DNA from: Chrysomallon squamiferum
Lineage: Eukaryota; Animalia; Mollusca
Direction: 5' to 3'
Assembly (NCBI GenBank): GCA_012295275.1
Contig: CM022677.1
Location: 2,170,001 to 2,234,000 of the forward strand
DNA: 64,000 nucleotides
Shown here: piece after piece, positions 1 to 12,435 of the stretch
Numbering within the stretch: position 1 is the stretch's first letter
How the letters are laid out: the number at the start of each line of letters is the position of its first letter
Position numbers and translations under genes: made by a program
The notes under the pieces: generated by a model
What the model saw: only the letters and a program-made list of their open reading frames with translations
Told to the model about the DNA's origin: nothing
Database searches by the model: none

Positions 1-105
1 CACACACAGATTAAACAGTATGTTGTTAAAGACACACACACAGATTAAACAGTATGTTGTTAAAGACACACACACAGATTAAACAGTATGTTGTTAATGA
101 CACAC
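1..105. repeat. 34-bp minisatellite, about 3 copies (truncated by window start)
   Basis: cagattaaacagtatgttgttaaagacacacaca recurs at 7, 41 and 75. Confidence 0.9.
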
Positions 106-316
106 ATTACACTGCCTAATGACAACATCAAAGAAACAAAACAAAACAAGGGAGAAATGTTTCTTACAACATCATGCAGCCAAATGCTTATAAAAACAAG
201 GCCAAAGTTTCATGTTCTCCCTCACACCTCCCCATTACCTCTGTGTTCATGAAACAGAACAGCCAGTTCATTGCTCCCAAACCAAGGATTTTTACTTTAA
301 CTGTCTCACAACCCCT

Positions 317-444
317 AAGCCCCTAGTACAAGATTCCTGCATATGTGGTGAAAACCACAAAATCAGAGTGAAGAGCGAAGCCCCTAGCTACAAGATTCCT
401 GCATATGTGGTGAAAACCACAAAATCAGAGTGAAGAGCGAAGCC
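317..444. repeat. 61/62-bp tandem duplication
   Basis: aagcccctag(c)tacaagattcctgcatatgtggtgaaaaccacaaaatcagagtgaagagcg at 317 and 378; third aagcc at 440. Confidence 0.9.
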
Positions 445-647
445 ACACAGCTGTACAAATTTAAAACCTGTAAACTGACCACATCTTGGCTGCTTATTAA
501 TGCAACATAACTTTTACAATTTAGAAACTGTCATTGAATGTTTGTCATTGCACACTTCCCTGTAAACAGGTATTGCAGACAGTTAAATAGAACGTTAATT
601 ATTTTCATATATTGGTAGTTATAATTATCAATACATATTTATTTAAT

Positions 648-1496
648 AGAGAGGTTTAGCATAGACGTAACTTTCATATACCAAATCTGTATTGTCTTTT
701 TGTGAGATCTTCTCAATATAGGACATGCCTAAATGTGCATGTTTATGCATAGTGAAGTACTTACGTATGTGCATTTCACATAAATGATTGCTAAAGACAG
801 ATCTCTTCTCTCCAAAAAAGCTGTGGTTGGACTTGCGTACCTTTGGCTGAATGAGATTACAATTTCAGGTGCTAAATTCAAACTAATATATGCTTGAAAA
901 GTAGTAAATTAATGTTGATGACCCTTATATTACCTTAAAATGTTGTTTAGATTCTTGCTGAGAAATAGACTGAAAATGTATTTGTTTGCAAACAAAAATT
1001 CTAGCCAGTCTGTAGTTTTGTGTGTACTATGCTACTGTAAGAGAAACAAATAACAAATAACTTGTATGTTACAAAATTTTCAAAAAATGTATTTTCATAT
1101 TAAATTATGTATAAGAAAAAAACAATAAAAACAGATTAAAATCACTCAAAGGCATCTTTGATAACTTTGATATGAACAAGACTATGAATATTTATCTGAA
1201 TAAAATTTGCTTGCATTTTTCTTTCAAAAACTATGGAGAACCAGTAATTGATTTTGGTCATTTGGCAATATAAACAATGTGTTTTATATACATGTTAAAA
1301 CCAAAGCTGCATATATTCAAATAAAGCTTTTTAGAGTTCTAGAGCTATAGTTACTTCCCTTTCTTGAACTATTTTGATACAAACTTAGTGTTTTATGTGG
1401 AAGCTAAACTGAAAGTGAGTTACATATATGACCTGTATTGTAAGGTCCATATGTAATCAGATATATGAACACATTATGTCTATGCTAAACCTCTCT
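648..1496. mobile_element. Non-autonomous TIR DNA transposon (MITE), PIF/Harbinger-like
   Basis: Left end agagaggtttagcatagacgtaa (648); right end ttatgtctatgctaaacctctct (ends 1496); 23-bp TIR with 1 mismatch; AAT on both flanks (3-bp TSD); no ORF. Superfamily inferred from the 3-bp TSD and AGAG terminus. Confidence 0.8.
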
Positions 1497-4132
1497 AATA
1501 TTTGTCATTATTTTATATTTTCTCTATTTATATATATATATATGAACTAGATAATCTGAAAGAGTATAGATTGTATAAAAAATATACATTAATAAAGTAT
1601 CTATAGTTAATATATGTAAACAAATGCAGCTAATGAAAATAGGTTCATAGATAATCAGGTTTTATGTTAGAGAAAGACAAGATCATCCATCTTTGTCACA
1701 GTAGCTGTGTATCCAGTTATGATTACAATCAGACTTTCTCTGCACAACTGCGAATTAGATAAGATTCACACTTTAACTACGCAAGATGTTTTTTCCACAT
1801 ATAACAGTTAATTTTTTAAACCTTGTAAAATGGTAAACTTTATTTCGGAGTTCTTAGTTTGAATTACAGTAATATGTTTTTCTGATAGTAAATAATAAAA
1901 TATGACATAACTGACTGCTAAAGTGCAAATCAGATAGATTCACTATTCTGTTTCTAACCTTCACACTCTACAACACTCAAGCAAACATCCCTGTTCATTA
2001 CTGTTTCGTCTGCTCTAAGCAAAGGCAACTGTTTTACTCTGCAAAAATGCTCACGATAAACGGGAAAATTAAGGATCGTGTATATAATTAAAAGCCAGAA
2101 TACCAGTATTATTGCTCAAATGTTGAATAAAATAAAAAAGGATTTTTTTTTATAATTAGGATGTTTTTAATATCGTAAATATTAAATGATAAAATGATAA
2201 AGCAAAAAATGAAATTTTAAAATCAGTTTAAGTGTTGATAAACTCCAGATGACCGTTAACTTTTAAACTATATATATATTGCAGCTGGGTGAAACATTCC
2301 TGCAGTGACATTAATTCCACTGATTTATTTGTATTGAAATTAGAAGAGTGCTTTCCTGCAGACAGGCAAAGGAAGAAGAAAAGGTGGAAATCATGAACAG
2401 ACTTCTGGTACAAGTGAAACTGCTGAAAGAAGAAGGCAACAAGACATGGGAAGAGACTGAAAAATTTATCAGGAAATTCACTAGTCCATCAGTAGCCTAT
2501 CAACTGAGTATTTAACAGAATGTGCCTCAACAACATTTCTGAAAATACAGACTCCAGTTGAAGCTGCAGGCTTCCTTTGAAAAGTTGGTGGATACTGAAG
2601 GTATTGGAGATTTTTGTTTTAAAGCTGGCTTGACAAGGCAAGCTTTGCTAGAAGGATCATTGAAATGCAGGGATTCTTCTCCCAACAATAGCTTGCTGAC
2701 AGAACTTGAACATTTCTGCAGGAAGCAGAAGCTACCATCTCATCACTTACACTCTTGGTTTACTGACATATCAAAACAGACATTGCCCAACCCAATTTCA
2801 AAATTATGTTGGAGAAAATAATGAAAGAATTAAGAAAATTGCAGAGCAACAGTGGCAAGATTGGTGATGACACAGCTCTTAATTCATTTAGAATGACACC
2901 ATTTGTCCCTGCATTTGACTCAAATCCAGTTCCTGACCTCCCATCCCCAAATACACCAGAAGTGAACTTAAAACTTGAATGTTATGGAAGACAACTTGTT
3001 TTAGCTCAACGACACAATGAGAATCTTGGAATGAAAAGGTCTCGCACAGAAAACAAGAGACAAGGTAGCAGCACTTTCCATTCAACATGTCCGTCTGCTA
3101 CGTACAATCAATTCGAAAAGCAGAAAGAAGACGGAAGGAAAATCTTGAAATGGAAAATAACAAACTACAATGCCACATCATAAAGCTAGAAGCTGCCAGT
3201 GAAGCCAGACATGTGATTCGTTTAAAAGATCCAGATACTGGGTTATTTTTTTTACCAAATGTAAAAAGAAACAATGCCTAATTAGCTTAGGTAGACAGCA
3301 TCTGCAAGAAAAGTATTCCACAGTTCCTGCAACAGATGAGTTTTTGAAAGGACACGTGCTTTATATTTACACTAGCTGTGGTAACAGTCGAACAACAACA
3401 GTTAGTGAATTATGTAGTCATTTTTCACTAACTCCTAACCCTACTGACTTGAGACTTTCTGCTGAAGTAAAGAAAGTTGTGCACCTTTCAATAAGTTTTG
3501 AAATCTGGCTTATGCTGTACAGTTTACCAAATTTATGTGTTTGTGTTCTGAAAAATGTTTCCTTATGGAAATCTGCAATGTTGAGAATGTACCCGAAAAA
3601 AAAATGAGCCCCAACCTGGACCGAGATGCAACCCACAATACATTACTGCTTCCCCAGAACCACACAATTTATTGGATAGCAGTTCATACTGGGGAGAAGA
3701 TTCAGAGGAATCTGCTATTCAAATATTGACAAAACCACCCATGAAAAGCAGACAAACAAAAAGTGCCAGTCATGCAAGTTATTAAATAACTCCTTAACAA
3801 ATATGAGACTAAAACAGCTACAGCTTGAAAGGTCTATACACATTGCAGTCTGAGATGTGAGAGCACGGCAAAAGAAAAAGGGATATGTAAAATTCTTAAA
3901 CCAAACAATCAGACGGAAAGAGGAACAGATAGCAAAATTTCAAGAACAAAGTACCGTTTCAAAGGTGATCATGCATGAGAGAAAATCTGCTCTGTCGAAC
4001 TTTAAAAAACCACGAACAAATGAAAAAGTACCACAGCGAAAAAAAAAAAAAAAAAAAAACTGAATCGGAAACTCTGCTCTCTGCCAAAAACGAAATTTCT
4101 GAACTTAAAATAAAACTTGAAATAAAACAAAA

Positions 4133-6939
4133 GGGTCATTCCATGTCAAATCACCCAATGGTTTAAACCCGACCGTCTCAGATTTTTATGAAACTTGGTA
4201 TACTTGTTGACTGGGATCCCACAGCACCAAATCTGAAATTTTAGCTCAATCAGACCAGTGGTGTGGGAGATATGGCCCACCGAATTTTGAGATTTTTGCC
4301 AAAAATGGGTGTGACCACCAACCTTAGAACCCTTATATCTCAGGAACTACTGGGCCAATCTTCATAAAATTGGTATTGTTAGAAAGGCAAAATGACAAGG
4401 ATTCCAAATCTGCCATTTTTGTTTAGTTTGGAAAATATTGGAGTACCTTGACCTTTTGACCTTTGCTATGACCGTGAAATTGACCGTGTGGATCACGTGA
4501 TCTTGAGATGACGTTTATTGAAATTTAATCTCCCACATGTTAACTAAAACATATAAAAGTGTCCTGGGTGTAATATTTTTTGTTTAGCCACAATATAGAT
4601 TTAAAAAATGCACATACATGAAAATAACACCTTTTCAGCCATTAACATCTGATTAACTAAAACCTGAACGATCAATTCTGGATGCTAGGAATCACCATCT
4701 CTCTTGATCATCAAGTAAGAATTGTAGGCCTACATGTATGCATAAAGTTCACATATAAAAGTTTCCTGGGTATAATATTTTTTGTTCAGCCATAATAGAG
4801 ATTTAAAAAAATGCATACCTGCATGGATGATTGATACAATGCATTACAATGTACATTTTTTCTGAGACTAAAAACTCATCTTTGGAGTTAAAACCCACCT
4901 GACATGTCTGAAGGAATGCCTGAAGGATCTGAAAAGATGCCAAATGGCATGACATGTTCTACACAATCAAAGGGTTAACAGGAAGTGATTCTTCAGGCAG
5001 GTCAGGAACTCCTTTAGATTCCCTGGTGCAATCCCTATTGAACACATGGCAATTAGAAGTTTAAGACAAAGAAGTTTCTTCATCTGCATTTCTTTGACAA
5101 TCTGAAGCTTTTAAGTTGGACACAATGTCAGATGTTGATATATAAACAATATTTTATTTCATGAAACCTATTAAGTAATTTTATCATGTCATGTGGGCCT
5201 TGCCATTGGTTTTGAACAAGGTTTCAGTCAACAACAGTACAACCCAGTCTGAAATCAGACGTCATTAGACGGCACAGAGTATGAACACGGTCTACTTCAC
5301 CTTAATAAACTGTGATTTATACTTGAGAAGATTGACATAAGTGCCCAAGACTTGTGGGCCTTTGCAATAACACATGTACTCTGCTGCCATTTTATGACCC
5401 GCTTAACTTTTCTGAAAGGGTTTCAGGATTTGATTTAATATTTAGGAAAGCACTGACTTTGTTCTATTGAATTGAAGGTGCAGGCCAATACTGAAAATCC
5501 TTATTTCTTCCAGGGCTAACTGCAGCTTTAACTCTCCTGAAAATGTGTGTTATCAACACCATCATATCAAAAAGGAGTTGTTGCGAAGTGTATGGAAAAC
5601 TGAGGAAGTCGAACTCCTCACTCTTTGAAGTGGGATCAAAACACAGGACATCAAGAGTATCATGAACAAGAACTTTTCATCAAATTTTCAACATTGCAGA
5701 AAAACTGTTGTGATCCCCTTAATCGCCACCCTGAGCAAGCACGCACTAGATCTTTAAGAATTGTTAGCATGGGCACTTACAAATGCTTAGTAAATCCTCC
5801 AAAGACACTAGTGCCAGGAGACAAGTTGTACTGTGACTGTCTGATTACCCTTCAGAAATCAAAGGTCCTGCAGAGGATGGCTTTAGTATGGGTGGTATTA
5901 CCATGGGAGAAATTGGTGATAACTTGCCAGACAAACCGCTGGTTGTTGTTTCACCAGAAAAGGACTTTGATTTGAATTCTATTCTGTCGAGTTTAGGCGA
6001 AACTCCTGTCAAACTCCATTAACTAGCACATTCCAGTAAATGAATGAAAGGACAGAAAAAAACTAGCATCAGCTACAGTAACATTAAAATGACATCTTAA
6101 TGTCTGAATCCTACCCAGAATGTGTGCAAATCTTGATTTTGTCACCCTTTACCATTGAAAGGACAATTAATTGAAGGAGGAAATAATCCAATTTTATGAA
6201 AGTGATGAGAACAGTAGAATGTGTCTGGGAATGAAGGATACAGTGAGCATTTGAAACAAACATAGTGAGAAGGTTAAGCATCAGAAACACCTAGTTCTCT
6301 CAAATTTATGTGAACTTTATGCATACATGTAGGCCCTCAATGTCTTACTCGATGATCAAGAAAGATGGTGATCCCTAGCATCCAGAATTGATCATTCAGG
6401 TTTTAGTTAATCAGATGTTAATGGCTGAAAAGGTGTTATTTTCATGTATGTGCATTTTTTAAATCTATATTGTGGCTAAACAAAAAATATTACACCCAGG
6501 AAACTTTTATATGTTTTAGTTAACATGTGGGAGATTAAATTTCAATAAAGGTCATCTCAAGATCACGTGATCCACACGGTCAATTTCAAGGTCATAGCAA
6601 AGGTCAAAAGGTCAAGGTACTCCAATATTTTCCAAACTAAACAAAAATGGCAGATTTGGAATCCTTGTCATTTTGCCTTTCTAACAATACCAATTTTATG
6701 AAGATTGGCCCAGTAGTTCCTGAGATATAAGGGTTCTAAGGTTGGTGGTCACACCCATTTTTGGCAAAAATCTCAAAATTCGGTGGGCCATATCTCCCAC
6801 ACCACTGGTCTGATTGGGCTAATATTTCAGATTTGGTGCTGTGGGATCCCAGTCAACAAGTATACCAAGTTTTATAAAAATCTGAGACGGTCGGGTTTAA
6901 ATTTCTTTTTTTTGGGGGTGATTTGACACGGAATGACCC
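4133..6939 (+). mobile_element. Sola2-type DNA transposon, internally deleted, with about 620-bp TIRs
   Basis: Termini gggtcattccatgtcaaatcaccc / gggtgatttgacacggaatgaccc; near-perfect inverted repeats 4133-4755 and 6307-6939; AAAA TSD (4129-4132, 6940-6943); GGG terminus, long TIR and 4-bp TSD fit Sola2. Confidence 0.88.
5640..6325 (+). pseudogene. Sola2 transposase N-terminal remnant
   Basis: CCDPLNRH...LVPGDKLYCDC (5700-5845) and IIQFYESDENSRMCLGMKDTVS*...KHQKHLVLSNLCELY (6183-6320) match recalled Sola2 motifs; stops present; catalytic core absent. Confidence 0.7.
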
Positions 6940-9057
6940 AAAAGGAGATAATTGAGCTCCAGAGAGATAAAATCCTGCTTGAAGAAAAGCTTCATGAGTC
7001 AGTTAGTAAACTAAAATTGACAAAGTATAATGGAAAGGTCTATTCTGCAGACCTAACAATGATGGTATTTGATGCCATTGTTAATCAGGTGCCAACCAGC
7101 AATATCCCTGTTCTTCTTCAGAATTTTTTTTGGCGGTGTGGTGTTCCACTGAAGGACATCCCACACAGAACCACTACTGAGGCAAGGACAAGGGAACTTG
7201 GAGTAATAACTGAATTACAGGCAGCTGAAGCTGTAATTGAAAATAAAAGCGGCACACTTGGGTTTGATGCCACAACACAGGAGGCACACATGTGAAAGTG
7301 TCCACATTGCCACACCAGAGAACTGTTATGTTGCTGCAGTTGATGAACTGGCTGGTGGGACTGCTGATGATTACCACAAGCACATATCTGACTCCATTAA
7401 GAACTTACTAGAACATACTCAAACTTTCATGAGGATGATTATCAAACTGCAAGAACAAAAATAATTTCTAATATTTCCAATATCCATACTGATCGATGCC
7501 TTGCAAATCATGCTGCAATTCAGCTTCTGAATGAAACGTGGAGCAAAACACTCAATGAATTAAATTGCAATTTGCATCCGATGGACTCAATTGCAACAAC
7601 AACTCGTGCTGCTCTAAAGGTATGTGAAGCAGAAATCAGAATAGAAAAGAAACTTAAAGGGACAGACTGTTTGGCTGGAAACATAGCAGTGCAGATGAAC
7701 AAAATGAGGTTTGTGGACAGCTAGGGTGATCCTCGTGGTTTCACTATTTTTCTAGACCACGAAAACTTGGCACATGGGATCCTGCCCAGATACAGAGGTA
7801 ACAGCCTACATATCCTTTTTCATATATGTGGCGTTTTCACTCGCTTCCATAATTTATTCACGAGTTTTCTGCAGAAGGGTGTATCGAGTGGTGGTTTATG
7901 GCATAGCATCCTAGCAGACTTTGTGTCTGTTCCTGCACAAGTGGAAATGCAGGTGCTTGGACTTATTGGGAAACTGCTCAGTGGACCTTGGATGACCAAG
8001 TTCTACCAATCAGCAGTGGCCCCAGAACAAGTAAACCACATTCAGTGCATTGAGCTTGTCAAGCAAGTTATTGCCAAACTGAAAGTCAGTGCACAGTCCC
8101 CTGAAGACATGCTGTCATGCGAGATAGATTTTTTTGGACAAACACTTTTGCAAGAACCAACTCTTGAGATGCTCCAAGCAGCACGTAAACACATCTCCCT
8201 GTTTACAAACATGATGAAGAGTTGTTTGGATGCAACAGTTGTCGTCCTTGAGCGGCAGTACAACAGATACTTCCACTGCGATCTCACTGAGAGTCTGAGG
8301 AATGAGACAAGGTTGGCCAGATGTCACAACATTGATGCAGAAGAGATCATGGGGATGTTTAGTTCATTACACAAGAATTCCCCAAATGCTACTCTCTGCT
8401 ACATCTCATGTAAAATGAAGGCCATCAAAAAGACGACAGTAGATTATCTTAATGCCCTAGACAGGGAGACAAGAGATCATATTATTAAAACAGCGATCCA
8501 CATGGGCCAACAACACAGACAGGACAGGTGTACCAAGCAGAAAAATCTGAGAGAAGAAGAAAACAGGAGACAAGTACAGAAGCTGCAGGCAAAGGAGACC
8601 ACAGAGAGGAACAGATTGGAGAGAAGATTGAAAAGTGTAGACATCGACAGACTCTGTGTTGAATTCTCGGATCTCTCAGAGTATAAATTGGAAAAGGTAA
8701 GTGAAATTTTATCCGGGAATTCAGTGGATAGCATGATTTGCCATACGTGGATTGATGATGGTGAAAGAGCAATATGCAATGGAAAGATAGAGAAGATGTA
8801 TGCAAAGGTAAGAAATATGTTGTAGCCTACTGGGGAGTAAATGAATCGTGTGCAGATGCAGTAGACCACTGTATGAACATCCATGCTCTGGCTGCAGATC
8901 TAATTGAGGATGATCTAACTATATAATATTTAGTTTTGATTTCTAGTAAATTTTATGTACAGTTAGAAAGGTCAATTTGTTGACATATTTCAAAGATCAT
9001 TTTTAATAAAATATTGTGTATACATGTGTGCTTGTGTTTTAATTTTAAAATGTACTA

Positions 9058-9540
9058 GAAAGATCTGGCGCTGTTGAAAATGATTACATTTCTATGTTGT
9101 TTATATTTTTAATAACTTGTTGGTTGAATGTTTTTCCTTCTCGAATGTGCTTATTTTCAGGGAGTACATTATAGCACGTGCACAGGGAAATCGCCGTTAA
9201 GTGCGTTTTGTACCCTAGAGAAATTGCCGTATGTACAACTAGAAAGGTGTCGCTTTTAATATGATTATATTTCTATTTTTAGTAACTTGTTTGTTGTATG
9301 TTTTTCTTGAAGTTCTTATTTTCAGCGTGTACATTATAGCATGTGTTTAGCGAAATCGCTGTTAATTTACGTTTTCTACAGACCGAAATTGCGTTGATTT
9401 TATTTACAATCGCCTTAAATTGTTTCCTACCTAGTCAAGTAGCCGTAGATTTTATGTGCAACTACAAATAACTGGTGCTGTTTGAAATGATTATATTTCT
9501 ATGATCTATGTTGATTTTATTTTTAATAGCTTGTAGGATG
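9058..9540. repeat. Diverged about 170-220-bp direct repeats (2-3 copies), probably subterminal repeats of the hAT-like element
   Basis: atgatta(c/t)atttctat...ttttta(a/g)ta(a/g)cttgt near 9080, 9261 and 9487; ttttcag.g.gtacattatagca.gtg near 9155 and 9320; multiple aaatcgcc-like motifs. Confidence 0.6.
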
Positions 9541-9929
9541 CATGTTTTATTAAATGTTGTGACTTTTACTAAAATAATGTTCTGAAATAAACAAATTAAT
9601 ATTGCTTTGCCGATTACTAGCATTTGATGTTTAACTATAATCCTCTGCAATACATAAACTCGTATAATCCTTGGAGTTGACTCCAGAAAGGTGTTGCTGG
9701 TCTTAATTAGGAACAATACAATGTGTATGTAATCATGACACTAAAGACAGGTATGATCAGTGTCATTTGAAGCAGACAAAAGAATTTTCTTGGCTTTGTG
9801 TTTGTATTGGGTTGGCAACTAAGTTTCTGCCGTTTTGTTTAAATCTACTGTGTTTTTAAATTTTATTTAATGTATTTTATTTTTTTCAAGTTAATTTAAG
9901 TAATTTCCATTTATTTTCAGATCATCAAA

Positions 9930-11231
9930 ATGAAATGTCAAGTTGATAAAAATGTGCATTTTCAACTCCTTCTTTTTGCTTTTAATCAAGGTTCTAAGGC
10001 TGCAAAAGCTGCTCGTGACATTTGTGCTGTGTATGGACAGAATGCCATAGCTGAAAGAACCGCTCGTGACTGGTATGCCAAGTTCAAAAATGGAAATTTT
10101 GACCTCAAAGACGCACCTCGTTCTGGGTGTCCAACTGAACTCGAGGAAGAGCGATTAAACCAACTTTTGCATGAAATTTGACATCAAACGACAAGGGAAC
10201 TGGCTGAGAAAATGGAATGCTCTCTCACTGCTATACAGAAGCATCTTCACTCTATGGGAAAAGTTCAAAAATGTGGAGCACGGGTTCCGCATGCTTTAAG
10301 TGACAACAACAAAAATCAACGAGCCACAATCTCCGCTGGTTTGCTTGCTCGTCACCGCTCAACTGATGGATATAAGCAACAATTTGTTTATGCAATCGTT
10401 ACTGGCGACAAAAAAAATGGTGCCTGTACATTAATATGAAGCAGCGCAAGGAATGGCTTAGCCCCAGTAAAAAAGCAACACTGCGTGTGAAACAAGATCT
10501 TCATCCGCGTAAAACGATGTAGTGTGTGTGGTGGGACTGGGAGGGGATCATCCATTATGAATTGCTTGATAGGAACCAAACGGTCAAGGCGGAGATCTGT
10601 GTTCAACAGATGCAACGACTCAAAACGGCTATTCAAGAAAAAAGACCTGATCGGAAGCATGGTGTTCTTTTGATGCATGACAACGTCCGCCCTCATATCA
10701 CCAATGTGACCAAAGAAGCCATTCAAACACAGGGTTGGGACGTGCTGCCACACCCGCCCTCATATCACCAATGTGACCAAAGAAGCCATTCAAACGCAGG
10801 GCTGGGACGTGCTGCCACACCCGCCCTCATATCGCCAATGTGACCAAAGAAGCCATTCAAACGCAGGGCTGGGACGTGCTGCCACACCCGCCCTCATATC
10901 ACCAATGTGACCAAAGAAGCCATTCAAACGCAGGGCTGGGACGTGCTGCCACACCCGCCCTCATATCACCAATGTGACCAAAGAAGCCATTCAAACACAG
11001 GGCTGGGACGTGCTGCCACACCCGCTGTACTCACTGACAGATTTCCACCTCTTTCGATCTCTTTCAAATGCTATGCGCTGAGTTTCGTTCAACACTGATG
11101 CAGAACTGAGAGCTTGGTTGGATGAATTTTTTGAGACAAAACCTAGTGGTTTCTACCAAAGAGGTATAGAAAATCTTGTTGAACGTTGGGAAGAAGTTGT
11201 GAACAACATGGGAGAATACATCATTGATTGA
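9930..11231 (+). pseudogene. Mariner DD34D transposase pseudogene
   Basis: HTH region KAARDICAVYG...AKFKNGNFDLKDAPRSG, RVPHAL (WVPHEL), IVTGD, WWDWEGIIHYELL, HDNVRPH, eroded YSPDLAP (HPLYSL-TDFHLF); stops, frameshifts and an internal tandem array. Confidence 0.95.
10687..11025 (+). repeat. 67-bp x5 tandem array inside the mariner catalytic domain
   Basis: ccgccctcatatc.ccaatgtgacc... starts at 10687, 10754, 10821, 10888, 10955; terminal ccgc at 11022. Confidence 0.95.
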
Positions 11232-12290
11232 ATAGTTGTTAGTTTTTATTAAACCTTTAAAAAATTTAAATTAAAAAAACTGCGGGAACTTAGTTGCCAA
11301 CCCAATACTTCCTGTGATTTGACAGCAAACAAAAGATACCTATCAGCGTATCATGTGACCACTGCTGATGTTTTCTCTGATGGAGCAAATCAACACTTGA
11401 AGCAAAAATAGCCTAAGTTTTAAAACTGAACACTTTATGATATATCAGTTTATGGTTTTACGATTAAAAAAAACTTATACGTTTCTTATTTAATATTCTA
11501 TAATATTCACATAATACATTCATTGTACTCTTTTGTAGTACAGTTTGTTATGCTTGATTTTTAATTCGCCATTTATCGCAAGAATTTTTAAAGCAAAACA
11601 TGAAGTTAGTTTATTTCTGATCGTATTCATATTATAATGTCTATCTGATCACAGAACAAAACTATGCATCCCAAAAGTTATTAAAAATATAAACATTGTT
11701 TCTATCATTTTAAATAGTAGCAGTTCTTTTAAATGTTTGTCACTTGATCTTGGTATCATTTTAAAGTGGTTTACAAGCTCTACCCAACTGTCTTATTTAT
11801 TTTCAGATTAGTGGGGTTTGAAAAATGTGTCCACATACCTATAGCAGACCTAATACAACTTTGAAAGTGATATAACTTGACACTATTTCTTAATGTTCAA
11901 TTTGTTTCATGCAATAAGTTACATACCTTTAAATCGTTAAAATCCACGATAACTTGATAACATGAACATAAATCCATAACAACTTGATAACACCAAATAT
12001 TAATCCTTGCTTCCAAGTAAAACTCTACACTTCGCACGTACCTTTAAATATGGCGGACAAAAAATCAGGTGCCCGTCACGTGTTCGATGTAACCTTATTA
12101 GAGTTGTTTCCCTTACACCTTTAAAAACTTTGCCAGTCCCTCGTTGACATTGTAGAATACAGTATTAAATGCGTTTGAAAAAAAGGACAATCTAACCATT
12201 TAATTCATAGGAAGCCGATGTGTTTTTCTGGGTTTTTTTGGTGATAACATTTTCGTATTTCAAAAACATTATCTTTATAATGCCTTAATA

Positions 12291-12291
<1 letters not shown>

Positions 12292-12344
<53 letters not shown>

Positions 12345-12435
12345 CCTTGGTGAAGTAAATTGGAAAATCCAGAACTCCCATAACAACAACAACAACAGGA
12401 GTGGTAGTAGTAGTAGTAGTAGTTGTTGTTGTTGC
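12292..12435. repeat. (GT)n plus (CAA)n/(TAG)n/(TTG)n microsatellite cluster
   Basis: Directly visible simple repeats. Confidence 0.9.

Larger units (their letters stand above)
2280..8926 (+). pseudogene. Disrupted DDE transposase, divergent hAT-like (GNR-motif group), interrupted by the element at 4133-6939
   Basis: Joined frames 6940-8926 read GFDATTQ (D1)...TDRCLANH (D2)...CNLH (CxxH)...PRYRGNSLHILF...GKLLSGPWM...HNIDAEEIMGMFS (E, like hAT SERxFS); several frameshifts and one in-frame TAG near 7722. 2280-4132 is broken coding-like sequence continuous with it; the 5' boundary is approximate. Confidence 0.75.
9807..11305 (+). mobile_element. Full-length defective mariner (Tc1/mariner, mellifera-subfamily-like TIR)
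   Basis: TIRs ttgggttggcaactaagt / acttagttgccaacccaa; TA TSD at 9805-9806 and 11306-11307; encloses a mariner transposase. Confidence 0.95.

Noticed and set aside
8042-8884. Minus-strand ORFs over the transposase
   Set aside because: Antisense shadows of the plus-strand coding sequence.
9930-11231. SETMAR gene
   Set aside because: No SET domain; it is a free mariner with TIRs and TA TSD.
12047-12125. ATGGCGGAC as the start of a gene
   Set aside because: The frame closes after 24 codons with no recognisable product; more likely a YY1-type motif.
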